The notes under the pieces were generated by a model, which was not told the DNA's origin, did not search any database, and was given only the letters and a program-made list of their open reading frames with translations. A stretch of 64,000 bases of DNA from the NCBI GenBank assembly GCA_045654325.1, contig JAZONE010000101.1, positions 62,077 through 126,076 of the forward strand, in the 5' to 3' direction. This document shows, one piece after another, positions 9,401 through 19,408 of the stretch. Origin of the DNA: Akkermansia sp. (GTDB taxonomy: Bacteria > Verrucomicrobiota > Verrucomicrobiia > Verrucomicrobiales > Akkermansiaceae). The translations under genes and the position numbers were made by a program. Numbering within the stretch: the first letter of the stretch is position 1; every line of letters begins with the position of its first letter.

Positions 9401-10470
9401 TTTCCGAGCAACGTGATGCTGTTGAGTGCAAAATCTTCACTGAATGCTGCGGTGCCATTCAGTTGTATCTGTGGAGTTGAGCCATTGGTGGCTCGTATCC
9501 TGCCCAGCGTTTCAGGGGCATCTTCTTTCAGATAATCGGTGATGATTTTGACAACCGGAGCAGTGCTGGTGGTAGTGAAAGAAAGTTCTCTGCTTGTGAT
9601 ATCATAGCTCGCCTGCAGATGTACCTTGGTATCCGGCTTTTCTATCTGGAAGTTCAGTTTGTTGATGTTCAGCGCATTTTTTTCAAATGCTGCATCTAAT
9701 TGCGTGTTGGTGAAATGAAAATCACCTAAATGGTAGCTGGGTATCTGGGCCAGCAGGCTGATATTCCATTCATTGTTGAAGGTAACATTTATATCCAGAT
9801 GAGGCTCGACTTCGCTCCAGTCTTGTTTATCGGTCTGTTCTTTGAAATCCTTTAGCCAGGGGCGTATGTCTGCCAGCAGTTCTCCAGGTGTATGCTTAGC
9901 TATGGACTCCTGCTCAACTGCTGAGCTTTCTTCGTTTACGACTTCCGGGATATCTGACAGATTAAATTTACCTTGCAGTGCTATCCCCTGGATAGTTGTA
10001 GTCAGGTTTGCTCCTGTGGTCTTGCGTTTTGCAGACCTGCTGACATACAGATTAAAATTATCGACTTGGATGACATCCTCGCTCTTTGTACTGAGTGGAA
10101 TATCTACACTGCCGCGGAGAATATGCAGCTTCGCGGGTATCAGTTCTCCCCCAAGCAGGTCGGGAAGCCTGAAGGTTACCAGTATCTTGGGAATCTCTGC
10201 TACTGCGGGGGCGGCATCTGGCTGAGTTATTTCCACCCTCGTTCCCTCTGCCTTGACGGCAAGCCCGGAACGGGGAGCAAACTTAATTTTGCTGATGCTG
10301 ACCGGAACCCCGGTTGCCTGGAAAACCTTGTGCTCAATCTGCCGCAGAACGCTACCAGGTAACCCCGCGGTACTCAGCCAGGTGAAGGCCGCAAGCAGTA
10401 TAAGCAACACCACCAGACTAAGTGTGGGGAGAATATGTCCAACTCGTCTGATGGTGAGCTTGCCTGGCAT
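6403..10470 (-). CDS. Large AsmA-like (YhdP/TamB-type) inner-membrane-anchored beta-rich protein
   Basis: Single N-terminal TM anchor, 1355 aa of alternating beta-strand pattern, and an AsmA-like C-terminal end (DINLHGDLLDPQW). Confidence 0.65.
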   Translation of the reverse strand: MPGKLTIRRVGHILPTLSLVVLLILLAAFTWLSTAGLPGSVLRQIEHKVFQATGVPVSISKIKFAPRSGLAVKAEGTRVEITQPDAAPAVAEIPKILVTFRLPDLLGGELIPAKLHILRGSVDIPLSTKSEDVIQVDNFNLYVSRSAKRKTTGANLTTTIQGIALQGKFNLSDIPEVVNEESSAVEQESIAKHTPGELLADIRPWLKDFKEQTDKQDWSEVEPHLDINVTFNNEWNISLLAQIPSYHLGDFHFTNTQLDAAFEKNALNINKLNFQIEKPDTKVHLQASYDITSRELSFTTTSTAPVVKIITDYLKEDAPETLGRIRATNGSTPQIQLNGTAAFSEDFALNSITLLGKLEQRGLVFGKQEADHLQLSFFMKDGDFNLDQCLINFPEGHLRCAAQVANGTGNAELEISLSDEVILELVRCFSGDEKLTLPQGVSFSSNLEAHLSCEMSTAPFIAGKSRIEDLIPALRSSQLQFRTGDIIFDGAKLLSPTLNLEVSGISYQDDIKVQYAHLQLHAANALENQFETRDVHFDLKFNDILSDSGLETLKLGHTELSVNAGAVELDNISLNRLQCTSSADKLELSFDHPIETLESSALAIHATLESLHQGDISAEDIALDVDIPTGLDISDAWLNMQQDTHVQATLKKLTGANGFSATETSLSLKNTEQNAVYLQLDSKLGKETLTLSADASLAPENELRISNVTLNLPAAELKPLLGGEPLQELKLPRNLSLSGDACINTEAGTVRNCRFNLKLPELVRVCNEVYVHKGLEIPLQVEASGHFSTAQNGDMRYEADVKATHKEGVLDVHVTGNPLSECRITGNNTIPVSIINALIDNADAHWIMRDFRCTPGLTRNVITDIDTTIRYDRGIYVHALCKANLYNLDFQLGAVMDKTDSQGNPTGEEYLRTDLGRDPFTRVKEGHCDVDVLVKLDCTDAAGNPEPDAINIDLLNPDLLYDNRPWLRYAKIKNGVASSRISGEAVRFDIEKRIISLHKLKGECYPGYAIGMYYAPLHDFLSDIVLERPADIETDYCVFPISSRCEIPMQGLIRAEADRGAGYKFLGTTIPFRNFSGFINISDTDVYLDRLNAQSWGGVVNGALRIGFSGQHTTLDGYFSAQNLNLKDIVASYGVDFTPATCNGFIRFQAPRPDLDAVQAYGQVHLQNGDLMEIGLFRPIGALISDMPKQLEKLQNSLPGAEKIQLPSWSTSFSDYVWDTSGKTIDSVGKTALKLPFANHFLRYGISEAFSRFDIMNGHLITRDMKAGGYNLDVGVNLDIDLNTLTMKGNLWPHISSVPTVLISPVTILSDFLIDINLHGDLLDPQWNIGLSKKLKGDQSSLSSQPQRTEAETKQ

Positions 10471-10491
10471 TGGGGTAGCGTGTTCTATGAA

Positions 10492-10878
10492 TTAGATTTC
10501 AGGGTCGTGTTCGCCTTCAGGCAGCGGTGGCGCCTTGGGCAGATTCATTTCTATGTCGTCCAGAAGATTGACCAGGTCGACACCCCGCTGGGCGGAGTTA
10601 TCATGCTTGAAGGTGAGCCTGGGGGTGTTGCGGAGAACCACCCGCTTGCTCACGGCTTTCTGAATCTCGCCGCGTTTGCGGTTGAGTTTCTCTATCACCT
10701 GGGCGGGGGCCATGCGGCCCACAACGCCCACCCACACGCGACCCTCTTTGAGGTCTTCTGTAATCTCGACATCCAGAATCGAGACAATGGTACCGGGCCA
10801 CTCATACTCCTTTTGGATAAAGGTGCCGATTTCCCGTTTCATCAGCTCGTTCACTTTGTCAAGACGTCGTGTAGCCAT
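10492..10878 (-). CDS. rbfA: Ribosome-binding factor A
   Basis: RRLDKVNELMKREIG, VEITEDL and LRNTPRLTFKHD; follows infB. Confidence 0.95.
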   Translation of the reverse strand: MATRRLDKVNELMKREIGTFIQKEYEWPGTIVSILDVEITEDLKEGRVWVGVVGRMAPAQVIEKLNRKRGEIQKAVSKRVVLRNTPRLTFKHDNSAQRGVDLVNLLDDIEMNLPKAPPLPEGEHDPEI

Positions 10879-10884
10879 GATAAT

Positions 10885-12987
10885 TTACAATGTCTGTTTG
10901 ATTTTCTCCAGCGAGTAGCATTCGATGACGTCACCCACTTCGTAATCGTTGTAGTCTGCCAGGCGGATACCGCATTCCAGACCAGCCTTGACTTCCTCCA
11001 CCTCGTCCTGGAAGCGGCGCAGGGTGGACATCTTGCCGTCGAACACGACCTGACCGTCGCGCAGCACGCGGGCTTCGGCGGTGCGGTTCATCTTGCCGTC
11101 GGTCACGAAGGAACCGGCAGCCTTGCCCTTGTTGAGCTTGAACACCTGCTTGATTTCGGCGTGACCGAGCACGGTCTCGCGGGTTTCGGGTTCAAGCAGA
11201 CCAAGCATGGCGTCCTTCACCTGGTCGATAAGCTCGTACACGATGGAGTAAATCTTCACCTGCACGCCCTCGCGCTTCACGGCCTTCACGGCATTGCTTT
11301 CCACCTTCACGTTGAAGCCCAGAATCACAGCGTCGGACGAGGAGGCGAGCAGTACGTCGCTTTCGGAAATGGGACCGGCTGCAGCACCAATGAACTGGCA
11401 CTCCACCTTTTCGCTCTCAATGTCCATGATGGCCTTCTTGATGGCCTCCACCGAGCCCTGCACGTCGCCCTTCAGGTAGAGCTTGAGGACGGCTTTCTGG
11501 TTTCCATCGCCCATCATCGCCAGAATATCTTCCATGCGGGAGCGGCGGGGTGCGGTGAGACGCTGCTGGCGGAGTTCTTCCAGACGCTCGTCGGAGAGCT
11601 TGCGAGCGGCGCGCTCGTTCTCCATTTCCACCAGCTCATCACCCACATTCGGGGTCTCAAGGAAACCGGACACCTCTGCAGGCATGCCGGGGGTGACTTT
11701 CTTGATGCGCTTGCCCTGGTCGTCGAGCAGGGTCTTGACCTTGCCGGAGTAGGGGCCGCAGATGAAGGGCATGCCGACTTTAAGCGTGCCGCTCTGCACG
11801 ATAACGGTAGCAGAGCTGCCCTTGCCCTGTTCCATGCGGGCCTCGATGATGGAGGCGCGGCAGTTGGCCTTGGGGTTGGCTTTCAGTTCCAGCACTTCTG
11901 CCTGCAGGCAGAGCAGGTCAAGCAGGTCGTCGATACCGGCACCTGTGTGGGCAGATACGTCCACACACTCGATTTCACCACCGAAGTCAGTGGGCATCAG
12001 GTCATTTTCCATCAGCTGAGTGCGCACGCGAATAGGATCTGCCGTGGGCAGGTCGCACTTGTTGACAGCCACGATGATGGTCTTGCCGGCGGCTTTGGCA
12101 TGCATGATGGCTTCCTTGGTCTGGGGCATGATGCCGTCATTTGCGGCTACCACCAGAACCACGATGTCGGTCACGTCAGCACCGCGGGCGCGCATTTCGG
12201 TGAAGATGGCGTGGCCCGGGGTGTCAATGAAGGTCAGCGTATTGTCAGCGTGCTGCACAGTGTAGGCGCCGATGTGTTGGGTAATGCCACCGGCCTCACC
12301 GGCGGTCACTTTCGTGCGGCGGATGTAGTCGAGCAGGGAAGTCTTACCGTGGTCCACGTGACCCATCACGGTGATGATGGGGGTACGTACCTTCAGCACG
12401 TCCTCCGGCTCTTCTTCTACTGCCACGGCTTCGGGTTCCTTGATTTCTTCCACCGGGGCTTTCACGCCGGCACCTTTTTCGCGGCGCACGCGTTCGTAGG
12501 TGAAACCATGCTTTTCACACAGGGCTGCCACCTGGTCGCTATCGAGCGTGGTGCTGGGGTTGGCGAATACGCCCATGGGCAGCAGCTCCGCAATCAACTT
12601 GAAGGGCTTCATTCCCATGAGGGTGGCGAGATCTGCCACTGAAATCGGGGCTTTGATGTTCATCACCTTGCCGGCTTCTTCTGCGGGCTCAGGAGCAGGG
12701 GCTGCCTTGGGTTCAGGCTTCGGAGCCGGTGCGGGTGCCGGAGCAGGGGCAGGAGCCGGTTTTGCAGCGGGGGCGGGGGACTGCTGGGGTTTGCGAGGCT
12801 GCTTACGCGGAGAAAGCAAATCCAGAGCTTCTTTTTTATTAGCATTAGCAGCTGCAGACTGCTGCTTGCGGCCTCCCTGAGCCGGTGTCTCCTTGGCAGG
12901 AGCGGCCTGGGGTGCCGGAGCCTTTTTCTTCTTGCTGCCCCCGATCAGGTCGAGCACAGGGGCTTTTTTGTCGTCTTTGTTTGCCAT
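10885..12987 (-). CDS. infB: Translation initiation factor IF-2
   Basis: [27 protein letters not shown] and ECGI motifs. Confidence 0.98.
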   Translation of the reverse strand: MANKDDKKAPVLDLIGGSKKKKAPAPQAAPAKETPAQGGRKQQSAAANANKKEALDLLSPRKQPRKPQQSPAPAAKPAPAPAPAPAPAPKPEPKAAPAPEPAEEAGKVMNIKAPISVADLATLMGMKPFKLIAELLPMGVFANPSTTLDSDQVAALCEKHGFTYERVRREKGAGVKAPVEEIKEPEAVAVEEEPEDVLKVRTPIITVMGHVDHGKTSLLDYIRRTKVTAGEAGGITQHIGAYTVQHADNTLTFIDTPGHAIFTEMRARGADVTDIVVLVVAANDGIMPQTKEAIMHAKAAGKTIIVAVNKCDLPTADPIRVRTQLMENDLMPTDFGGEIECVDVSAHTGAGIDDLLDLLCLQAEVLELKANPKANCRASIIEARMEQGKGSSATVIVQSGTLKVGMPFICGPYSGKVKTLLDDQGKRIKKVTPGMPAEVSGFLETPNVGDELVEMENERAARKLSDERLEELRQQRLTAPRRSRMEDILAMMGDGNQKAVLKLYLKGDVQGSVEAIKKAIMDIESEKVECQFIGAAAGPISESDVLLASSSDAVILGFNVKVESNAVKAVKREGVQVKIYSIVYELIDQVKDAMLGLLEPETRETVLGHAEIKQVFKLNKGKAAGSFVTDGKMNRTAEARVLRDGQVVFDGKMSTLRRFQDEVEEVKAGLECGIRLADYNDYEVGDVIECYSLEKIKQTL

Positions 12988-13023
12988 GTGTTGTGAAAAT
13001 CGTGTTCAGGTTGTGTTTGGCGC

Positions 13024-14313
13024 TTAGCAGCCGGACTTTGCTTTCGTCATGATATCACGGGCTTCATCCTCGCTGATACCCAGAGCCTCAACCAGGCTCT
13101 CCTCGTCTGCGTAGTTGGCAATGCCTTCTACCGTGGTGAAACCTGCAGCAACCATGGATGCGGCCATGGAGTTCGAAATGCCGAGGGCTGCGGCAAGCTC
13201 ACTTGCGCCTTCAACAGCCAGGGTCTTGGCCTGAGCCTTGTCATCGTAGGCTTCTACGCGCACATCCCAGCGTTCATCAGGGGTGGAGATAAGGCGAGCC
13301 GTGAGGCGCACGTTCTGACCCTTGCGGCCTTTGGCCTTGGCAGCGGCCTTGTCGTCTTCCACAACCACGGTTACGACGCGGGCTGCGTTGTCCACGTTTA
13401 CCTTGATGGGTTCGATGGGAGCCAGAGATTCGGTGACCATGGCAGCCTTGTTATCCGTGTATTCGAGGATATCTACCTTTTCATGGTTGAGCTCGTTGAC
13501 CACGTTCTTGACGCGGGCACCGCGCATACCTACGCAGGCGCCGATGGGGTCCACGTTCGGGTCGTTGCTGCGCACAACCATCTTGGTGCGGTAGCCTGCT
13601 TCGCGCACAATGGTGAGAATCTCCACGGTGTGTTCTGCGATTTCCAGCACTTCGTTCTCGAAGAGACGGCGCACCAGATTGGGATGGCTGCGGGAAAGGA
13701 TGAGCTCCTGTCCGCGAACACCATCGCGCACCTCTACCACGTAGAATCGCATCTTGTCACCGCTGCTGTATTCCTCGCCGGGAATGCGCTGGCGCAGCGG
13801 CACGAGACCTTCAAATTTTTCCACCTCGACGATGACGTCGCCCTTATCGTAGCGCTTCACGGTGCCGGTCACCACTTCCCCGGCGCGGTCGCGGAACGCT
13901 TCGGCCAGCATTTCCTGCTCAGCCTTGCGGATGCGCTGCTGCATGGTCTGGCGGGCGGTCTGCACGGCAATTCGGCCGAAATCCTTCGGAGTAATGTTCA
14001 CGCTGATGATGTCGCCGGGCATGTAGGTCTTGCCTTTCTTTGCGCCGGCGGCCTCTGCTACGGAGAAGGGAACTTCGTTGAACTTGTCGCTCAGCAGCTC
14101 ATCTTCCACCACAGTCATATCGGCCTTGATTTTGACGGTGCCTTTCTGCGGGTTCACCACGGCATGCAGATTGTTAATGCGTTCAGACCCCGGTACCATC
14201 TTGTGGTAGGCAGTGATGAACGATGCTTCGAGAGCCTGAATGACGCGCTCGCGGGTCAGATCCTTCTCGCGGACGTAGTAATCAATCAGGGCGGAGATGT
14301 CAGTAGAGGCCAT
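13024..14313 (-). CDS. nusA: Transcription termination/antitermination factor NusA
   Basis: FGRIAVQTARQ, S1 domain, DPIGACVGMRGARV and GRKGQNVRL motifs. Confidence 0.97.
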   Translation of the reverse strand: MASTDISALIDYYVREKDLTRERVIQALEASFITAYHKMVPGSERINNLHAVVNPQKGTVKIKADMTVVEDELLSDKFNEVPFSVAEAAGAKKGKTYMPGDIISVNITPKDFGRIAVQTARQTMQQRIRKAEQEMLAEAFRDRAGEVVTGTVKRYDKGDVIVEVEKFEGLVPLRQRIPGEEYSSGDKMRFYVVEVRDGVRGQELILSRSHPNLVRRLFENEVLEIAEHTVEILTIVREAGYRTKMVVRSNDPNVDPIGACVGMRGARVKNVVNELNHEKVDILEYTDNKAAMVTESLAPIEPIKVNVDNAARVVTVVVEDDKAAAKAKGRKGQNVRLTARLISTPDERWDVRVEAYDDKAQAKTLAVEGASELAAALGISNSMAASMVAAGFTTVEGIANYADEESLVEALGISEDEARDIMTKAKSGC

Positions 14314-14359
14314 GTTATTTGTGCTTTCTTATGTGGTGTGTTGATACTGAGCCGTGTAC

Positions 14360-14388
14360 AAAAAAAGAGCGGGTCATAGACCCGCCCC
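14360..14388 (-). promoter_or_regulatory. Attenuator-like leader hairpin of the nusA operon (rimP-leader-like)
   Basis: Minus strand GGGGCGGGTC-TAT-GACCCGCTC-TTTTTTT lies between the promoter and the nusA start. Confidence 0.7.
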
Positions 14389-14421
14389 AATCTCATAACG
14401 GACCGGAACTTGTACGGCGTT

Positions 14422-14450
14422 ATTCTAGGTGAGTATGCGCTAATTGTCAA
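14422..14450 (-). promoter_or_regulatory. Sigma70 promoter of nusA-infB-rbfA
   Basis: TTGACA, N17, TAGAAT on the minus strand. Confidence 0.8.
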
Positions 14451-14490
14451 GCATTATTTGCCATTTTAGCGTATCTGACCGGCTTGTGTG

Positions 14491-15561
14491 CTAACGGTTT
14501 TTATGCTTCATGCGCAGGCGGTATTTGGTGCGGCCGGCTTCGCGATTACAATCCACGCTGCTGCAGAGTTCGCGGATGACGGGGCGGTTGGCCAGCCCGA
14601 TGGGCTCGACGCCGAGCGGCAAGAGAACCTCCATGCTCATTTCCCGGGTCTGCTCAGAATAGCGGAAATAGAAGTCCAGGGTGCCTTTGTTCAAGGGCAG
14701 GGTGCGGAAGAGGTCGTTGCCGATAAGCTGAGCCTTACGCATGCTCTCGCGCGTCAGGAAATACTTGTTGCAGTATGCCTGCCATTCGGATTTGAGCAGG
14801 AAACGGTCGTAATCCGGGCTGTGGAACTCGAAGTGGAAATCGCGAATGCGGTTCACGAATACCCGGGTGCGTTCGCGCTTCGGGTGTTCGAAGATTTCTT
14901 CCGGTGTGCCTTCTTCGTAAATGGTACCTTCATCCATGTAAACGACCCGGGTACTTACATCGCGTGCGAATGACATTTCATGCGTGACGATAGCCATGGT
15001 CATACCCTGACGTGCCAGAGAGCGGATGACGGAGAGAACCTCGCTGACCATGGTCGGATCCAGAGCCGAAGTCGGTTCGTCGAACAGAATGATTTCCGGG
15101 TCCATCGACAGGCAGCGGGCAATGGCGGCGCGCTGCTTCTGGCCGCCGGAGAGCTCGTCCGGCATGGTGTGAGCCTTTTCGGCCATTCCGACCATCTTCA
15201 GCAGCTCCCAGGCTTTTGCTTCAGCCTCAGCGCGGCTTTTGCCAAGCAGTTTCACGGGGCCGATGCATACGTTGTCCAGGACGGAAAGATGGTTGAACAG
15301 GTTGAATGATTGAAAGACCATGCCCATCTTCTGGCGGAGTTTCGAAGCGTTGACCCGGCCGTTGAGAACTTCCTCTCCGTCGATGACGATGCTGCCCCCT
15401 GTGGGTTGTTCCAGCAGGTTCAGGCAGCGCAGAAAGGTACTCTTGCCGGTGCCGGACGGGCCTATGATGGAGATGATTTCTCCACATTTAATGTTCAGAT
15501 TGACATCGAGCAGCACATTAAGTTTGCCGAAACTCTTCTGAAGATGTTTGATTTGAATCAT
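14491..15561 (-). CDS. Polar amino acid ABC transporter ATP-binding subunit with a ~115 aa C-terminal extension
   Basis: [27 protein letters not shown] and VTHEM (GlnQ-like). Confidence 0.93.
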   Translation of the reverse strand: MIQIKHLQKSFGKLNVLLDVNLNIKCGEIISIIGPSGTGKSTFLRCLNLLEQPTGGSIVIDGEEVLNGRVNASKLRQKMGMVFQSFNLFNHLSVLDNVCIGPVKLLGKSRAEAEAKAWELLKMVGMAEKAHTMPDELSGGQKQRAAIARCLSMDPEIILFDEPTSALDPTMVSEVLSVIRSLARQGMTMAIVTHEMSFARDVSTRVVYMDEGTIYEEGTPEEIFEHPKRERTRVFVNRIRDFHFEFHSPDYDRFLLKSEWQAYCNKYFLTRESMRKAQLIGNDLFRTLPLNKGTLDFYFRYSEQTREMSMEVLLPLGVEPIGLANRPVIRELCSSVDCNREAGRTKYRLRMKHKNR

Positions 15562-15593
15562 CGTTTCTTGTGTAGGGTGAGCGTTGTGTGGAA

Positions 15594-17123
15594 TTAGCAG
15601 ACCTTGCGGCCGATGCGCTCAAGAATATAGGTAAATAACCAGGCAATCAGGAAATACATGAGAGCCACCATAAGAAGCGGGAAGAAGGGATCAAAGGTTC
15701 GCCCGCGGATGATGTAGGAGGCGCGGGTCAGGTCAGCCACAGCCACATAACCCACGATAGAGGTGTTTTTGATGAGGGATATCAGCTCTCCCTTGTATAC
15801 GGGAAGAACGCGGTGGATAGCCTGCGGCAGGATGATGTGGCAGAATGTTCTCACAGGGGAGAATCCAAGCGCAATGCCGGCTTCTGTCTGCCCTTTGTCA
15901 ATGCTGCTGATGGCGGTGCGGAACATTTCGCTGACGTATGCCGCGAAGTTCATGGCAAAGGTGATGATGGCCACCGGTGTGTTGTCAAACTTCGTAAAGG
16001 CCACGTAGCACATCATCATCAGAAGCACGAGCACGGGGGTGCCACGCATGATATCGATGTAGACCTTGGCTATGGTGCTGCAGATTCTGGAGCGGCTCAT
16101 GCGGAGGTAGCAGATGAATGCTCCCAATATGGTGCCCAGCAACGCAGAGAAGAAGGAAATGTGGATGGTAACTTTCAGACCGTCCCACAGGAGCATGTAG
16201 CGGCGCTCTTCGATGATGTTGCGGTAGAAACTGCGCTTGATGCCCCCCCAGATGCCAAGTTCCTCGGTTTCGGCTTTATCTGAGATGATGGAAGGATCTG
16301 CGTTTTTGGTCAGTACCGCCACGCGAGAGTGGCTGTCATAATAAGGAGCAGAGAACAGCACGCTTTCGGCGCGTTCATCTGTGATAAGAATGCCGGAGGC
16401 TGCCATATCTGCCTTTCCGGTCGTGGTCGAGGCTATGAGGGAGTCGTACTCCATTTCCACAATCTCTACCGGGCGGTTGATATACACCGAGAATCGGTGA
16501 ATCAGCTCGGCATCGAAGCCGGCAATCTTTTCGTTCTTGATAAAGACAATCGGTTCCGTGCAGGGTTCCATGGCTACGCGGATGGGCTCACCCTGAGTGG
16601 GAAGATTCAGCTGCGGCATTTCTGCTGTGTCGAAATGCTTGATCCACTTGTCCATTATCTGCTGGAGCTCGCCGGTGGATTTGAGCTGATTGATAAAAGT
16701 GTTGAATTGATTGCAGAGTTCTGCGTTGTGTTTGCCGAAGACTACGCCCATCTGGCAGGGAGGTACCGGACTATCCGGCAGAATGGTCACCCCCTCTGTC
16801 TTGCGTACCAGTGCATAGCATATCACATCATCCATGATGGCTCCATCGCATTTCTCCTGCTGGAGCGAGAGCATCATGTCTGCCTCTGTGTCAAATCGGT
16901 CGAGCTTGATATCGGGGTAGTGCTCCTCTACATAGATATCCTGCACTGTTGAAGAAGGAACAGCAAGAATGTGCCCCCTTAAGTCTTCAAAACAAGCAAA
17001 CTTCTTAGCTGTCTGCTGAGTGGATGGGGCGGAGGATTCCGCTTCTCCTGCTGCCCATGCGGGCGCAATGCTGATGAAGAGTAAAGCAACCAGAGTTGCT
17101 GCAATATGAATGCGTTTGTTCAT
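15594..17123 (-). CDS. Amino acid ABC transporter, fused substrate-binding and permease protein
   Basis: Signal peptide, SBP_bac_3-type segments ([23 protein letters not shown]), and HisM-type permease ([24 protein letters not shown]). Confidence 0.92.
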   Translation of the reverse strand: MNKRIHIAATLVALLFISIAPAWAAGEAESSAPSTQQTAKKFACFEDLRGHILAVPSSTVQDIYVEEHYPDIKLDRFDTEADMMLSLQQEKCDGAIMDDVICYALVRKTEGVTILPDSPVPPCQMGVVFGKHNAELCNQFNTFINQLKSTGELQQIMDKWIKHFDTAEMPQLNLPTQGEPIRVAMEPCTEPIVFIKNEKIAGFDAELIHRFSVYINRPVEIVEMEYDSLIASTTTGKADMAASGILITDERAESVLFSAPYYDSHSRVAVLTKNADPSIISDKAETEELGIWGGIKRSFYRNIIEERRYMLLWDGLKVTIHISFFSALLGTILGAFICYLRMSRSRICSTIAKVYIDIMRGTPVLVLLMMMCYVAFTKFDNTPVAIITFAMNFAAYVSEMFRTAISSIDKGQTEAGIALGFSPVRTFCHIILPQAIHRVLPVYKGELISLIKNTSIVGYVAVADLTRASYIIRGRTFDPFFPLLMVALMYFLIAWLFTYILERIGRKVC

Positions 17124-17271
17124 GATGTAGCACTCGGGGTGGAATTGCCCCGCGCGCGGATTTTACCACAGCTTCCCCAGATTGCAAGTCAAATGTTAGC
17201 TTCATGTTGATTATTGTAAAGCCTATAGTTGCAGAGGGGTATGGGAGGGGTGGAGCGCGAGCGGTATCCCT

Positions 17272-17374
17272 GAAAAGGAAGTCACCTGGGAGCCGAAGCT
17301 CCCAGGTGCCCAACTACCCTATGAATCGGACCCTTTCGAGCCCGGGAACCTGTTTTACGTCCGGTCCCGAAGAC
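17272..17374 (-). ncRNA. Candidate stand-alone small RNA (~100 nt)
   Basis: Bounded by TTGACG-N17-TAAAGT (17381-17409, minus strand) and a perfect 11-bp CACCTGGGAGC-TTCG-GCTCCCAGGTG hairpin plus pyrimidine tail. No credible ORF; internal hairpins present. Confidence 0.6.
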
Positions 17375-17454
17375 GAGGTCACTTTAACTGTTTTTTTGTG
17401 ATTCGTCAAGCAGAAAAAGAGAAATTAATGATTTTTTTAATTGTTGAATAATAA

Positions 17455-17907
17455 TTATTTCTGTTTGTTTTCTAACAGTTGACTGGCTTTGATGGCGCAG
17501 AAGGCGACGCAGCGTTCGCAGGGGCGACTGGCGTAATAATCAGAGGTTCTGTCGCTGGGGCGGGCAGAGGCTTCCATTTCTGAGTCGAGGTGAAGCAGTT
17601 CGCGGCAGGTGAGCGAGCCGAACTCTGCTTTAAAATCTTCAGCGAGTTTGCGAGTGAGAGAAAAGATGATTTCCTTATCTTCGGGAACACCGGTGAGGTT
17701 GCCTTTGCAGAAGCCGGCCACCATGCAGAGCCCCGCAAACGCACCGCACGTTCCCCGCATGCGACCCAGACCGGCGCCGAAAGCTGAGGAAAGGCGCAGA
17801 GCCATGCTTTCGGTTAAGCCAATCTGGTCAGCCATGGCCGCAAAGACGGACTGAGCGCAGTTGAATCCTTGATGAAAATATGTGAGAGCTTTTTCTTCTG
17901 CCTGCAT
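17455..17907 (-). CDS. C-GCAxxG-C-C family putative redox-active protein
   Basis: GFNCAQSV, GTCGAFAG, LTCRELL and PCERCV. Start taken at the ATG (MQAEEK). Confidence 0.88.
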   Translation of the reverse strand: MQAEEKALTYFHQGFNCAQSVFAAMADQIGLTESMALRLSSAFGAGLGRMRGTCGAFAGLCMVAGFCKGNLTGVPEDKEIIFSLTRKLAEDFKAEFGSLTCRELLHLDSEMEASARPSDRTSDYYASRPCERCVAFCAIKASQLLENKQK

Positions 17908-18001
17908 GTCATGGAGAATACTCTGAGTGGCCAGATTTGTCAATGCTGCACTTTTTTGCTCGCCATGCGGGGGAGTAGGTGGTAGAATTGGAGCAGATAT
18001 T

Positions 18002-19369
18002 ATGATTCAGCGTACATTGGTGAAGCATGCGTTGGCCAGTGAAGCTCCTGCCGAGCAGATTCTGGTGGAGGGCTGGGTTCGAACCCGCCGAGATTCAAAG
18101 ACTTTTTCGTTTCTGGAGGTAAATGACGGTACCAGTCTGGCCTCCATTCAGGTGGTGGCAGATGCCGGAATCCCCGGGTATGAGGATATAGGACGCATGA
18201 CCACCGGTTCTTCAGTCAGCATTCTGGGACGCCTTGTAGAAAGTCCCGGTAAGCAGAAATGGGAAATCCAGGCCGTTGAAATCCGGCTGGTGGGCGGCTC
18301 GCCGGAAAATTATCCTCTGCAGAAGAAGGGGCATTCGCCCGAGTTCCTGCGCACTATTGCGCACCTGCGCCCGCGCACCAATCTGTTCGGTGCAATTTTC
18401 CGCACGCGTTCCCGCATGGCAGCAGCAGTGCACCAGTTCTTCCTGGAGCGTGACTTTGTGTGGGTGCACACCCCCATCATCACAGCGAGTGATTGTGAAG
18501 GTGCCGGTGAGATGTTCCATGTCACGACACTTGACCCTCTGGCCGATAATAAGAGCTACGATGATGATTTCTTTGGTAAGCCGGCCAATCTTACGGTGTC
18601 CGGTCAGCTCGAAGGTGAGACTTTTGCCTGCGCCCTGAGCAATATCTATACCTTTGGCCCGACTTTCCGTGCAGAAAACAGTAACACCTCGCGTCATGCT
18701 GCTGAGTTCTGGATGATTGAGCCGGAAATGGCTTTCTGTGATATCTATGGTGACATGGATATTGCTGAATCATTCATCAAGCATATTGCCCGTACTATGC
18801 TGAACGATGCCAGCGGCGATTTCGAATTTTTCTGCAAGTTTGTAGATAAAGGCTTGCGCGCCCGCCTGGAAGAGGTGGCCGAGAAACCTTTTGTGCGCTG
18901 CTCCTATACCGAAGCCATTGAAATCATGCAGGCCAGCGGTGAGAAGTTCGAGTATAAACCCTACTGGGGTATGGACATGCAGAGTGAGCATGAGCGCTTC
19001 CTTACCGAAAAGCATTTCAAGTGTCCCGTTATTGTCTACAACTACCCGAAGGAAATCAAGCCCTTCTACATGCGTCTCAACGATGATGGAAAGACCGTGA
19101 CGGCCATGGACGTACTCGTGCCCGGCATCGGTGAAATCATTGGCGGCAGCCAGCGCGAGGAGCGTCTTGATGTTCTTGAAGGGAATATTGAGCGGATGGG
19201 CATGGATATGGAGGCCTACTACTGGTACAACGACCTCCGCCGGTTCGGTACAGTGCCGCATGCCGGTTTCGGCGTGGGATTTGAACGCCTTATCATGTTT
19301 GTGACCGGCGTGCAGAATATCCGCGACGTGTTGCCTTATCCCCGTACTCCGCGTAATTGCGAGTTCTGA
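18002..19369 (+). CDS. asnS: Asparagine--tRNA ligase
   Basis: [45 protein letters not shown] and GFGVGFER. Confidence 0.97.
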   Translation: MIQRTLVKHALASEAPAEQILVEGWVRTRRDSKTFSFLEVNDGTSLASIQVVADAGIPGYEDIGRMTTGSSVSILGRLVESPGKQKWEIQAVEIRLVGGSPENYPLQKKGHSPEFLRTIAHLRPRTNLFGAIFRTRSRMAAAVHQFFLERDFVWVHTPIITASDCEGAGEMFHVTTLDPLADNKSYDDDFFGKPANLTVSGQLEGETFACALSNIYTFGPTFRAENSNTSRHAAEFWMIEPEMAFCDIYGDMDIAESFIKHIARTMLNDASGDFEFFCKFVDKGLRARLEEVAEKPFVRCSYTEAIEIMQASGEKFEYKPYWGMDMQSEHERFLTEKHFKCPVIVYNYPKEIKPFYMRLNDDGKTVTAMDVLVPGIGEIIGGSQREERLDVLEGNIERMGMDMEAYYWYNDLRRFGTVPHAGFGVGFERLIMFVTGVQNIRDVLPYPRTPRNCEF

Positions 19370-19408
19370 TGTTGACTTGCTGAATACAGCCTGTTAAGAT
19401 AACTGCAT

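Noticed and set aside
10435-14379. 735-aa and 298-aa ORFs antisense to rbfA, infB and nusA
   Set aside because: Antisense shadows from biased codon usage.
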